Source: Candidatus Woesebacteria bacterium UBA5941 (lineage in GTDB: Bacteria > Patescibacteriota > Microgenomatia > UBA8517). From it: DNA of 64,000 bases. Where the stretch lies: positions 7,705-71,704 of the forward strand of contig DJCV01000010.1 of assembly GCA_002430735.1 (NCBI GenBank), read 5' to 3'. Made by a program: the position numbers and the translations under genes. Positions 20,098 to 29,199 of the stretch are shown one piece after another (within the stretch, counting starts at the first letter, position 1; each line of letters begins with the position of its first letter). The notes under the pieces are model-generated. The model had not been told where the DNA came from. It made no database searches and was given only the letters and a program-made list of their open reading frames with translations.

Positions 20098-20316
20098 CTA
20101 AAAGACATCGAAATAGAATTGGCCTTCATGTTCAAGCATTTGGTAGACGACACGTGCCGGTTCAGCATTCTGACAACGCGCGCACAGCCAAACCTGTTCA
20201 TGAACGGTGATTCCTTTCAATTGATGAATCCGAAGAAATGTTTCATCTTCAATTTTTAGGGTTTCACCTACTGTCCAATTTATCTCCCTGAATGGGGTTT
20301 CTGACATACCTCGCAT
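20098..20316 (-). CDS. Hypothetical small protein (72 aa) with a single CxxC
   Basis: The Met at 20316 is preceded by GGAGGTG. Contains WLCARCQ. Confidence 0.4.
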   Translation of the reverse strand: MRGMSETPFREINWTVGETLKIEDETFLRIHQLKGITVHEQVWLCARCQNAEPARVVYQMLEHEGQFYFDVF

Positions 20317-20396
20317 AGAAGCACCTCCATTCAAACTTTCGATACAGAGATTATACACTCAAAAAATCCACTTTGAATAATGAAACAAAATAATAT

Positions 20397-23300
20397 ATGA
20401 TGTTTTCTAGATACGTTATGCATCTTGTTAAAAAAGCATTGGCAGTAGTTTCTCTCGGTGCTTTTTTCACCCTCATTTTTCTTCTCTCCCCACAAACCGT
20501 AACAAAAGGAGCACCACAAAATTTCACCAATGAAACAATTATTTTAAATCTTGTTGAACCGACAGGAATTCAATTTTTGCCCGACGGACGAATGATTATT
20601 ATTAACAGGTATGGATCTGTCAGAATGGTTCAAGCAGGTGCAACGACACTGGACGCAACACCGGTGCTTACCCTAACAAACATTAATACAGACCAAGGCG
20701 AGCGCGGATTAGTCGGAATTACCATTGATCCAAACTTTGCTTCAAATGGGTATATATATCTCTTCTACACAGCAAACAGTCCTCTGAGAGATCGCGTTTC
20801 TCGCTTTACAGTGAATGGAAATACAGCCGCTTTGAATACTGAAGTTGTGATTTGGCAAGACACCGTTGAAGCACAATTGTGGCATCACGGGGGAACTATC
20901 GCATTTGGCCCAGACAGTAAACTCTATATTTCAACAGGAGATGGTTTTGACAGCCCTGTATCTCAAAACTTAGCAAGCTTCAGAGGAAAAATATTGAGAG
21001 TTAATTCAGATGGCACAGTACCAACAGATAATCCGTGGGCCGGAGATGGTAATTCTAGTACACTTGATCATATTTGGGCACGAGGACTCAGAAATCCATT
21101 TAGATTTTCATTTGATTCTCTCAATGGGAGAATGTACATCGGAGATGTTGGTGGGAATAACCAGGTTTCTTCAATTGAAGAGGTTAATCTTGGTGCGGCA
21201 GGTGCCAACTTTGGATGGCCAGTTTGTGAAGGGAATTGTGGAACTGCTGGAATGACCAATCCAATATTCACCTATCCACATAACAATCGAGATTCATCTG
21301 TCACTGGCGGAATTGTGTATAGAGGAGGAAACTTTCCAAGCGCTTATCAAGGATCATATTTCTACGGAGATTATGTACAAAATTGGATTAGACGACTTAC
21401 TTTTGATGCAAACGGGGTTGTATTAGGGAGCCAAAACTTTGAGCCTGAAAGCGGTGGTAGCGATGGACCTTACGGCGAAATAGTTGATATTAAGCAAGGG
21501 CCTGATGGTGCACTCTACTATGTAGACTTTGGCGCAACATGGGAAGGTGTTTCAAATCCGGGCACAATACGACGAATTAAATACACTGGCGCAAACACAC
21601 CTCCCCTTATCACACAAGCTACAGCTGATGTGACTTCTGGACCAGGACCTCAACTCACTGTTTCATTTACGGCAGTTGCAACAGACGCTGAAAACAATCC
21701 ACTGACATATACCTGGGCTTTTGGTGACTCACAAACGGCAACAGGTGCACAAGTCACTCATACATACACACAAAAAGGGCAATACGATGCACGAGTGACG
21801 GTTTCTGATGCACAAGGACAAACAATTTCAAATCCCATTACGATAACAGTAGGCATCGCTCCTGTTGTTACAATTCTCTCTCCATCCACTGGTACAACAT
21901 TCAGAGCAGGGGACGTTATTAGTTATTCAGCAAGTGCAACAGACAGCGATAGCAGTATTACTGCAGCTAACTATTCATGGCGGGTGATTATGAACCATGC
22001 CAGTCATACCCATCCGGAAGAAGGACCGATTAATGGAGTGACAAATGGAACATTCACAGTTCCCGTATCAGGACATGACTTAGACAATACAACGTCCTTT
22101 GATATCGTTGTAACAGTCACAGATGAAGTAGGGTTATCAGATACCAAGGCCGTTCGAGTAAACCCTGAAACAGTGCAACTCACGTTGACAACAAACCCAG
22201 TTGGCATTCCACTTGCGTTTGGACAAGAATTCGGACTAGTGACACCATTTACAACGTCACGCGTTATCGGGTTCCAAATACCAGTCGTAGCACCGACAAC
22301 AACAACAGTTAATAATAGTCAGTACGAGTTTACTTCATGGTCCGACTTGGGTGCTGCAAGTCACACGATAACAGTACCAACAACAAACCAAACAATTACC
22401 GCGACTTATACCCAAACAGCACCGTCAACAACAGCATCTCTCACCTTTGACGGAGTTGATGACTTTGCCTTCAACAATCAAATAGGGGCGAGTGGCACAC
22501 AAACAATTGAAGGATGGATTAAACCAACTGTTGCTTTACAAAACACTATAGTTTTAGGCAATTTTAACGACTCAAATGGATGGTCAATTGAATTAACTTC
22601 CGGACAGCCGACGTTTTGGAGAGGGAGTGGTGGAAGTTGGTCAAGCATCCAAGGAACAACAGCGCTACCAGTAAACGCATGGTCACACGTAGCAGTGACA
22701 CATAATGCAACTACGGGCGATACCAGAATATACCTTAACGGCATTCAAACTGCCGCTGCAACCATGAGTGCAATCGGTGCAACCAATAGCTTTAGACTCA
22801 ACAGTAATTCAGGGTATCCGTTTTTCGTCGGACGAATTGATGAAGTTCGTGTATCAAATGCAATTCGATATACAACAGCATTTACCCCAAGTGCAACGGC
22901 ATTTAGCACAGACGCACAAACAGTGGCTCTCTATCACTTAGACGAAGGTTCGGGCCAAGTATCAGCTGATGCATCTGCAAACAATTACACATTAACACTT
23001 GGACAGACAAATGCCGTAAATGCATCAGATCCAACATGGACAGTAAATGACTCACCGTTTACCGTAAGTACGCCGACACCCACACCAACTGCAACACCAA
23101 CACCTTCACCGACCCCAAGTCCTACGCCTACTCCTTCACCGACACCTACCGCAACACCGACAGCGACTCCAACTCCTACTCCTACTCCTAGTGCTACGCC
23201 AACTCAAACGCCTACGCCATCACCAACACCAACGCCGACACCACCACCTGTGGTAAATGGAGCACTCACATTTGATGGGTCAAACGACACAGTAGGCACT

Positions 23301-23891
23301 GCAGCAATTTCCTCACAGGGAACAAAAACAATTGAAGCATGGGTGAGACCGTTGGTTGCAAATGAAAACGCTGTTGTCGCAGGCAACTATAATGACAACA
23401 ATGGATGGGCTTTGGAATTAAATAACGGTCGAGTAGCGTTTTGGGTTGATAATGGCGGGGGATGGAGTTCGGTTACCGGAACAACACAATTAGCTGTAAA
23501 TACGTGGTATCACATAGCAGCTACTTACAACGCAACTACGAGAGTTGCTGTTATATATGTGAATGGCGTTGCACAGGCTACAAGAAATGTAGGACTAATC
23601 CGAAATGTCACAGCATTTGTTTTGGGAGGGTCAACTGGATATCAATATTTAAATGGACAACTTGATGAGGTGCGCCTTTCAAGCATCGTTCGGTATACTG
23701 CTAATTTCACCGTACCTTCAACACAGTTTACAAACGATGCCTCAACTGTTTTGCTCTATCACTTTAATGAAGGAACAGGGCAAATAGTGACGAATGCAGC
23801 AAGCACTTCTTACTCATTATTTTTGGGTGGGACCAGCGCTATTCAAACGTCCGACCCAGTCAGAATTACATCAACCGCACCAACGGAATAA
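20397..23891 (+). CDS. Large secreted multidomain surface protein: PQQ-type glucose/sorbosone dehydrogenase beta-propeller, two PKD domains, LamG, a Pro/Thr linker and a second LamG
   Basis: N-terminal TM/signal segment. sGDH signatures [14 protein letters not shown] and [24 protein letters not shown] signature [16 protein letters not shown]...[13 protein letters not shown]. Two homologous LamG modules, each opening with LTFDG...W(I/V)(K/R)P. Confidence 0.85.
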   Translation: MMFSRYVMHLVKKALAVVSLGAFFTLIFLLSPQTVTKGAPQNFTNETIILNLVEPTGIQFLPDGRMIIINRYGSVRMVQAGATTLDATPVLTLTNINTDQGERGLVGITIDPNFASNGYIYLFYTANSPLRDRVSRFTVNGNTAALNTEVVIWQDTVEAQLWHHGGTIAFGPDSKLYISTGDGFDSPVSQNLASFRGKILRVNSDGTVPTDNPWAGDGNSSTLDHIWARGLRNPFRFSFDSLNGRMYIGDVGGNNQVSSIEEVNLGAAGANFGWPVCEGNCGTAGMTNPIFTYPHNNRDSSVTGGIVYRGGNFPSAYQGSYFYGDYVQNWIRRLTFDANGVVLGSQNFEPESGGSDGPYGEIVDIKQGPDGALYYVDFGATWEGVSNPGTIRRIKYTGANTPPLITQATADVTSGPGPQLTVSFTAVATDAENNPLTYTWAFGDSQTATGAQVTHTYTQKGQYDARVTVSDAQGQTISNPITITVGIAPVVTILSPSTGTTFRAGDVISYSASATDSDSSITAANYSWRVIMNHASHTHPEEGPINGVTNGTFTVPVSGHDLDNTTSFDIVVTVTDEVGLSDTKAVRVNPETVQLTLTTNPVGIPLAFGQEFGLVTPFTTSRVIGFQIPVVAPTTTTVNNSQYEFTSWSDLGAASHTITVPTTNQTITATYTQTAPSTTASLTFDGVDDFAFNNQIGASGTQTIEGWIKPTVALQNTIVLGNFNDSNGWSIELTSGQPTFWRGSGGSWSSIQGTTALPVNAWSHVAVTHNATTGDTRIYLNGIQTAAATMSAIGATNSFRLNSNSGYPFFVGRIDEVRVSNAIRYTTAFTPSATAFSTDAQTVALYHLDEGSGQVSADASANNYTLTLGQTNAVNASDPTWTVNDSPFTVSTPTPTPTATPTPSPTPSPTPTPSPTPTATPTATPTPTPTPSATPTQTPTPSPTPTPTPPPVVNGALTFDGSNDTVGTAAISSQGTKTIEAWVRPLVANENAVVAGNYNDNNGWALELNNGRVAFWVDNGGGWSSVTGTTQLAVNTWYHIAATYNATTRVAVIYVNGVAQATRNVGLIRNVTAFVLGGSTGYQYLNGQLDEVRLSSIVRYTANFTVPSTQFTNDASTVLLYHFNEGTGQIVTNAASTSYSLFLGGTSAIQTSDPVRITSTAPTE
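23072..23250 (+). repeat. Low-complexity Pro-Thr/Ser linker ([16 protein letters not shown]...) inside the surface protein
   Basis: Direct reading shows (P-T/S/A) dipeptide repeats of about 59 aa separating the two LamG modules. Confidence 0.85.
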
Positions 23892-23927
23892 CTAGACGAG
23901 TGATGGGCAACTGTCTATACTAAAATC

Positions 23928-24287
23928 ATGAAACCTGAAACGATCAAAGCCATTTTTACAAACCTTCTTTTTGTAATAGGAGTAATCCTCATGATTACCG
24001 GATTTATCCAAGGAACACGAACAGTTGTTAAACTTGCTGTTTTTGAAAACTATCCACTCGAAACATGGGAAGAAACAAAGTGTGAGCAATATCCATATGT
24101 CGCAGCTCCGGTTGACAGTGAAAAAACGACACCAGCAGAAGTGAATCCACGCGTTAAAGAAGACTGTAAAGCGCAGCTTGCTACAGAGCGAAAAGTAAAA
24201 ATGACAGAAGATATCGTAGCTTCCATTAGTTTCCTCGTTTCCGGAGCAACACTCGTGTATTTCTTCAGAAGATTTATCCTCAAATAA
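23928..24287 (+). CDS. Hypothetical membrane protein (119 aa, two TM segments)
   Basis: ORF with hydrophobic N- and C-terminal segments. Confidence 0.5.
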   Translation: MKPETIKAIFTNLLFVIGVILMITGFIQGTRTVVKLAVFENYPLETWEETKCEQYPYVAAPVDSEKTTPAEVNPRVKEDCKAQLATERKVKMTEDIVASISFLVSGATLVYFFRRFILK

Positions 24288-24338
24288 AAAGTCCCCAACG
24301 TGTTAACACATTGAGGACCAACGATGAATGGCAATCAA

Positions 24339-24587
24339 TCAGGCAGTGGAAGCAGCGTTGTCAGGCTGGGTATATTCACCCTTGCCATAAACAAGGACTT
24401 TGAAAACCGTCTCATTTTTGTTTCGGCGCTTATGTTGTTCAAAGTCGCGGTCTCGTCTTACAACCAGAGGGTCACTTTTTCCCCTCAAGTGCATCACGAC
24501 GACTCCGCCAGTGGGTAAAGCATTCGTGAGCTTGTTCCACCGAATCTTGCCCAGCTTCTTCCCTGAGAGATCTGTCATTTCAAGCAT
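24339..24587 (-). CDS. Hypothetical small basic protein (82 aa)
   Basis: AGGAG lies 7 nt upstream of the ATG on the minus strand. Lys/Arg-rich. Confidence 0.45.
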   Translation of the reverse strand: MLEMTDLSGKKLGKIRWNKLTNALPTGGVVVMHLRGKSDPLVVRRDRDFEQHKRRNKNETVFKVLVYGKGEYTQPDNAASTA

Positions 24588-25018
24588 TTCTTACTCCTAA
24601 TATCAATAAATAGAAGGACAGTTTTGCCACTCCCTTTTTTTAGGGAAATTGTAGTATATAAAATTTTTATGAAAAATGCAAACTAATATAGGATACATGC
24701 TGGGTGACGAAAACGTCACCCAGCTGTTGAAGCTCGTTACTCAAATTTCTTGCTGTGCTTTTTATCGCACTCTGCACAATGGAAGCCTCTATTGCCAGTG
24801 CAGTACGTGCATGTGCAGTTACACCGGCGACGACGGAGCGCTACATGTCGATACAAGCTCCATAGTAAAAATAACTTAGTCACAGAGTTACTCCTTATGA
24901 AAAAAAGTAGAACGAGCCACTTGGCTACAAGTGTACGCAATTATATACCTTTTTTATTTTCTTACAAAAGAGGTCTTGTTTATAGACAAGAAAGCATAAA
25001 ATCCATACACTGAAACAT

Positions 25019-26407
25019 ATGAGTTTACCTGCCCTGAAAAAAGCTTCACTCCCAAAGGCTCCCCCTTTAGTAAAGCTGCTCGGACCAAGCTTTATTCTCT
25101 TAGGCCTCGGGTTAGGAAGTGGGGAGTTGATTCTCTGGCCATATCTCGCTTCTCAGTATGGGTTAGGTATTATTTGGGGGGCAGTGTTGGGTATTACGTT
25201 GCAATTTTTCATTAATATGGAAATTGCACGATACACATTAGTGACAGGGGAGAGCGTGTTCGTAGGGCTCACCCGAAAGTTAGGTGGCATTTCACCTATT
25301 TGGTTTATTTTCTCAACGCTTATTCCCTGGATGTGGCCGGGAATAGCTGCAAGTGCAGCAACGCTTCTTGCGGCGCTTTTTGGCATCTCATATACCCCTA
25401 TTATTCCGATTGGGTTATTGCTCGCAATTGGGGTCATTTACACATTAGGGCCTGTTATTTACAAAACACAAGAAACGCTACAGCGTTTAATTATTATTAT
25501 TGGAGTACCATTTATTTTTGGACTTGCTATTTATTTTGCTGGCCCAAGCGATTGGGAAGCGCTGGGGAGAGGCGTGTTAGGATTTGGGTCACACTTTTGG
25601 TTAGTGCCTGCAGGAATTTCCGCAACGACATTTTTGGCTGCGTTTGCGTACGCAGGCGCCGGTGGAAATTTAAACCTCGGACAGTCGTTATATATAAAAG
25701 AAAAAGGGTATGGGATGGGGAAGTACTCAGGACGGCTCACAAGTTTTTTAACGGGTAAAAAGGAGGATGTGTCGCTTATTGGTACAACATTTGAAATGAA
25801 TCAAAAGAATGTGTCTCTCTTTAAAGATTGGTGGAGAAAAATTAACATTGAGCACGCAGTAGTCTTTTGGGCAACAGGGGCAACAACAATGCTCCTTTTG
25901 GCACTACTTGCATACATTACTGTTTTTGAAAAATCGAGCACTTCTGGTATTAACTTTGTGATCGAAGAGGCACATGCTATGACTGCCCTCGTTGGTCCAG
26001 CTGTGGGTGTTTTATTTTTATCTGTTGCAACGGTTATGCTTTTCTTTACTCAATTTTCAGTGTTTGGAACCACAAGCAGGATTATGACTGAGAACTTACT
26101 CCTAGCTAGTTCTGCATTTAAAACAAAACATGCAGGCAATTATTTCTATTTCTTTTTGTGGCTACAAATTCTTTTGGGAATAATTGTATTTCTCCTTGGG
26201 TTTAAAGAACCGCTTACCTTGGTTATTATTGGAGCGGTCCTCAATGCATTTTCAATGTTTATTTATACCGGTCTTGTTTTGTGGCTCAATAAAACAAGCC
26301 TTAAAAAGGCAGTACAACCAAACAGGTTTAGAACCAGTATTGTCAGTGTGGCATTTCTGTTTTACGGTGGCTTCAGCTTGTACACAATTATCGACCGTCT
26401 GTTTTAG
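25019..26407 (+). CDS. Nramp-fold (MntH-related) membrane transporter with a non-canonical metal-site motif
   Basis: Ten to eleven TM segments. LGPSFILLGLGLGSGELIL...TGE aligns with the Nramp TM1 motif GPGFL..DPGN, but GSGE replaces DPGN. Confidence 0.55.
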   Translation: MSLPALKKASLPKAPPLVKLLGPSFILLGLGLGSGELILWPYLASQYGLGIIWGAVLGITLQFFINMEIARYTLVTGESVFVGLTRKLGGISPIWFIFSTLIPWMWPGIAASAATLLAALFGISYTPIIPIGLLLAIGVIYTLGPVIYKTQETLQRLIIIIGVPFIFGLAIYFAGPSDWEALGRGVLGFGSHFWLVPAGISATTFLAAFAYAGAGGNLNLGQSLYIKEKGYGMGKYSGRLTSFLTGKKEDVSLIGTTFEMNQKNVSLFKDWWRKINIEHAVVFWATGATTMLLLALLAYITVFEKSSTSGINFVIEEAHAMTALVGPAVGVLFLSVATVMLFFTQFSVFGTTSRIMTENLLLASSAFKTKHAGNYFYFFLWLQILLGIIVFLLGFKEPLTLVIIGAVLNAFSMFIYTGLVLWLNKTSLKKAVQPNRFRTSIVSVAFLFYGGFSLYTIIDRLF

Positions 26408-26431
26408 ACTCAGTGCGATATAATAGATGGT

Positions 26432-27469
26432 ATGCGCAAGCTGTTTTTTGCATTATTACTCATTGGAGTTTCAGTACTTTCATTCATTGGTGGCAGAGTA
26501 TCACGGACCACTGATACTCGTGTTTTTACGCTGAATCCCACTCCTGTTCCAACTCCATTAGCCAAATATACAATTGAAACACTCAAAAATGCGACAATCG
26601 TTCCAGGTTCTTTTCAAAGCGGTGAATTGATCAATGACACGAAAGACATTACCGTGCAAACATTTCATATGAGCTATGATCCAACACTCTCAAATGGACC
26701 TATTAAAAAAGTGAGTGGAGTTATAAACATGCCAAAAGAAGGATCAAACTTGCCACTTGTTGTCATGCTCCGAGGATTCGTTGATCAAAGCATTTATGCG
26801 CCGGGTGTTGGTACCAAAAATGGAGCCGCCTTTTTCGCAGAAAATGGCTTTATTACAGTGTCGCCAGACTTTCTTGGATACGCGTCTTCAGACAGCGAAT
26901 CAGGAAACATCTTTGAAACACGGTTTCAAACATATACGACAGTACTCACGTTACTCCACTCTATCCCAACTCCTTCATTTTCAGATTTAACTGGCGGGCG
27001 TTGGGACGGGAAAAATATTTTCATATGGGCACATAGTAACGGTGGGCAAGTGGCATTGACCACGCTTGCCGTGACTGGGGAGAGTTATCCAACGACACTC
27101 TGGGCACCTGTTACCAAGCCGTTTCCGTATAGTGTTTTATACTACACCGATGAATCTGCAGATGGAGGGAAATTTATTAGAAAAGAATTAAGTAAGTTTG
27201 AAACGCTATATAACACTGATCAGTATTCCTTCACAAATTACCTCCCAAACATTAAAGGTCCGCTGCAATTTCAGCAAGGTACCGCTGATGACGCTATTCC
27301 ATTTGAATGGACACGAAGTATCGTAAATAGATTGAGAAAAAATGAGGTCGAAGTAAGCTACTTTGAATATCCTGGTGCAGATCACAATATGCGGCCATCA
27401 TGGGATGAAGTAATTGCAAGAGACATTGCCTTTTTTAATAAGTGGATGATAGTAGCTCAAGAAGAGTAA
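26432..27469 (+). CDS. Secreted alpha/beta-hydrolase (S9 prolyl-oligopeptidase or dienelactone-hydrolase-like)
   Basis: Signal peptide. The nucleophile elbow GHSNGG lies in the sequence IFIWAHSNGGQ, with a downstream Asp (GTADDAIP) and His (PGADHNM) in catalytic-triad order. Confidence 0.7.
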   Translation: MRKLFFALLLIGVSVLSFIGGRVSRTTDTRVFTLNPTPVPTPLAKYTIETLKNATIVPGSFQSGELINDTKDITVQTFHMSYDPTLSNGPIKKVSGVINMPKEGSNLPLVVMLRGFVDQSIYAPGVGTKNGAAFFAENGFITVSPDFLGYASSDSESGNIFETRFQTYTTVLTLLHSIPTPSFSDLTGGRWDGKNIFIWAHSNGGQVALTTLAVTGESYPTTLWAPVTKPFPYSVLYYTDESADGGKFIRKELSKFETLYNTDQYSFTNYLPNIKGPLQFQQGTADDAIPFEWTRSIVNRLRKNEVEVSYFEYPGADHNMRPSWDEVIARDIAFFNKWMIVAQEE

Positions 27470-27532
27470 GTACATGTCATAAAGTGTTACACATTCTTGA
27501 AATTTTGATATACTAGGGTATACAGTTTATAT

Positions 27533-27868
27533 ATGAATATATTTCTAGGCCTTATCATTAATATTATTAGCTTAATGGTCGTCAGCTATCTTATCCCTGG
27601 CTTTTACTTTGTCGACTTTAGAGCATTGCTCGTCGCAGCAGTTGTTATTGGGATTATTAACAGTTTCATTAAGCCAGTATTGCAGCTTATCGCACTCCCG
27701 CTTTCAATTGTTACTTTGGGACTTTTTGCATTCTTCGTAAATGTTGCGTTACTGTGGCTGGCAGCAGAAATAGTACCAGGTTTTCAAATTCAGAATTTCT
27801 TTACAGCAGCAGTAGCTTCAGTCGTGATGGCATTAATTGGTGCCTTTTTCCATAAGATGGATCACTAA
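27533..27868 (+). CDS. Phage-holin family 4 / DUF360 (YvlD-like) four-TM membrane protein
   Basis: The arrangement GF..V...A.L.AA.V.G..N..I.P.L..L.LP..I.TLGLF...VNV..L typifies the holin_4_2 family. Confidence 0.65.
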   Translation: MNIFLGLIINIISLMVVSYLIPGFYFVDFRALLVAAVVIGIINSFIKPVLQLIALPLSIVTLGLFAFFVNVALLWLAAEIVPGFQIQNFFTAAVASVVMALIGAFFHKMDH

Positions 27869-27870
27869 AT

Positions 27871-28038
27871 ATGAGTAAATCAGGCGATACTCCCAAATCA
27901 TTTAGTAAGAAAGTTGAAACAAACAAGGTGGCGTTTAAATCACCAAGTAGATTTAGCGGTGGCGGAGCACAATCACAGTTTGGAACAAAGTCCCAATACA
28001 AACCAATGCCAGTTCGCATTACTCAGCACAAAGGCTAA
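27871..28038 (+). CDS. Possible small lysine-rich protein (55 aa, below the ORF-track cutoff)
   Basis: The ATG follows the stop codon of the DUF360 gene. MSKSGDTPKSFSKKVETNKVAFKSPSRFSGGGAQSQFGTKSQYKPMPVRITQHKG. Confidence 0.3.
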   Translation: MSKSGDTPKSFSKKVETNKVAFKSPSRFSGGGAQSQFGTKSQYKPMPVRITQHKG

Positions 28039-28056
28039 TTCTTCAATCCACAAAAA

Positions 28057-28080
28057 AACCTCACTATCCTAAGTGAGGTT
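28057..28080 (-). terminator. Intrinsic terminator for minus-strand gene 28097..28639
   Basis: aacctcac-tatcctaa-gtgaggtt. An A-run on the plus side gives a U-run after the stem on the minus strand. Confidence 0.55.
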
Positions 28081-28096
28081 TACTACACCGGTATTT

Positions 28097-28639
28097 TTAA
28101 ATACTACGGCGAATTTCGATTTGCATTGTATCCAGGATGACAATCTGAATGCATTCTCCTGCTGACACAATCATTGGTACATAGATGCTATTGCCACCGT
28201 GTTGGGTAAGCGTGACCGTGTACATACCAGGCTTAATCGGCTGTGGGATTTGTCTCCCTTGATGCCGTGGCCGATTTTCACCGACAATATTTACGTAATA
28301 CCCAAACGGTACATCGCTCATGACGTACCACGCGCGGTTCAGGCTCATCTGTTCAATGCGCTTCCGCATACTTTTGGACGACCACAGGACCATGCGCAGA
28401 ATAACAACGTATATAACCAAGTGATAGTAGAACACAATATTGGCGGCAAACTCTGCATCACGTATCGTTTCAGCCGACTTAATGAGAGCCGTAGACGATG
28501 TTTCGAGGCTTACAAGCATCATAAACGCCAACACAGCATTTACTCGTGCGCGTTGCACTTCTTGTGTCGTACCAAAAAAACGGGTGAATACTTTGCGGGA
28601 CAGGGTTGAAAAAAGCGACGCTTTCTCAGACTGATCCAT
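28097..28639 (-). CDS. Hypothetical membrane protein (180 aa)
   Basis: ORF with two central hydrophobic helices. Confidence 0.5.
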   Translation of the reverse strand: MDQSEKASLFSTLSRKVFTRFFGTTQEVQRARVNAVLAFMMLVSLETSSTALIKSAETIRDAEFAANIVFYYHLVIYVVILRMVLWSSKSMRKRIEQMSLNRAWYVMSDVPFGYYVNIVGENRPRHQGRQIPQPIKPGMYTVTLTQHGGNSIYVPMIVSAGECIQIVILDTMQIEIRRSI

Positions 28640-28695
28640 TTAACACCTCTCTGTGAATGTTCAGATAAACAACTGAACTATTATAGCAGAATACT

Positions 28696-29145
28696 ATGGG
28701 GATTGTCTTGTTGTCAGATATGAATTATGCTCTACCCATAGTTTACAGAGTGGGAGGGAATCCAGTGATTACCAGCTTAAGTATCGGAATCTATACATTG
28801 CACCTAAAAAAACTCATTATCGCCTGCAGGACAAAAAGTGGCGACCCATTTCGTGCCAAAGCGGTTAACAAAGAATCGCTCCTACCTTTTCGCTTCGTGC
28901 TTATTTTGGAACATACGAAAAAGGAAGGAAATATCCGTGAGGTTTTTGCTCAAATCGTGTATAACACGCTGACATACACATCAGATACACCACTTGTTGT
29001 AAATGACGACCTTCACTATACGGGTGAGGATGTCATTCCTGTTATTGCCACCTGCATGGCGATGTACAACCTTGAAACCCGTATAACGCTCTCAAAAGAG
29101 TGGCTACTTGAATGGGCTGCACAGTACTACCAGCCGTCCGAGTAG
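28696..29145 (+). CDS. Hypothetical protein (149 aa)
   Basis: ORF only. Confidence 0.45.
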   Translation: MGIVLLSDMNYALPIVYRVGGNPVITSLSIGIYTLHLKKLIIACRTKSGDPFRAKAVNKESLLPFRFVLILEHTKKEGNIREVFAQIVYNTLTYTSDTPLVVNDDLHYTGEDVIPVIATCMAMYNLETRITLSKEWLLEWAAQYYQPSE

Positions 29146-29153
29146 AACATACA

Positions 29154-29183
29154 CCGCCTCAGATCTTTTCTTGAGGCGGTTTT
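29154..29183 (+). terminator. Intrinsic terminator
   Basis: ccgcctc-agatcttttctt-gaggcgg followed by TTTT. A TATAAT box follows immediately. Confidence 0.6.
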
Positions 29184-29199
29184 CGTGTATAATAGCCTC

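Noticed and set aside
23072-23250. Short tandem repeats that might be a CRISPR array or VNTR
   Set aside because: The periodicity is a 6-nt (P-T/S) coding repeat inside an ORF, with no spacer and repeat architecture. No CRISPR arrays are evident anywhere in the window.
24676-25013. Three overlapping 67-87-aa ORFs in the region upstream of the Nramp-like gene
   Set aside because: They overlap each other, have no SD, and are Cys/Arg-rich low-complexity translations. The region is better explained as a structured leader.
24600-25018. M-box or yybP-ykoY riboswitch upstream of the Nramp-like transporter
   Set aside because: I could not find the conserved GGUGAGG (M-box) or GGGGAGUAG (yybP-ykoY) elements by eye. 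Only generic hairpins are present, so I reported it as an unclassified leader.
29185-29199. GTG start of tig given by the ORF track
   Set aside because: It overlaps the upstream terminator stem and the TATAAT box. The ATG at 29200 (MAAKKQ) is more plausible.
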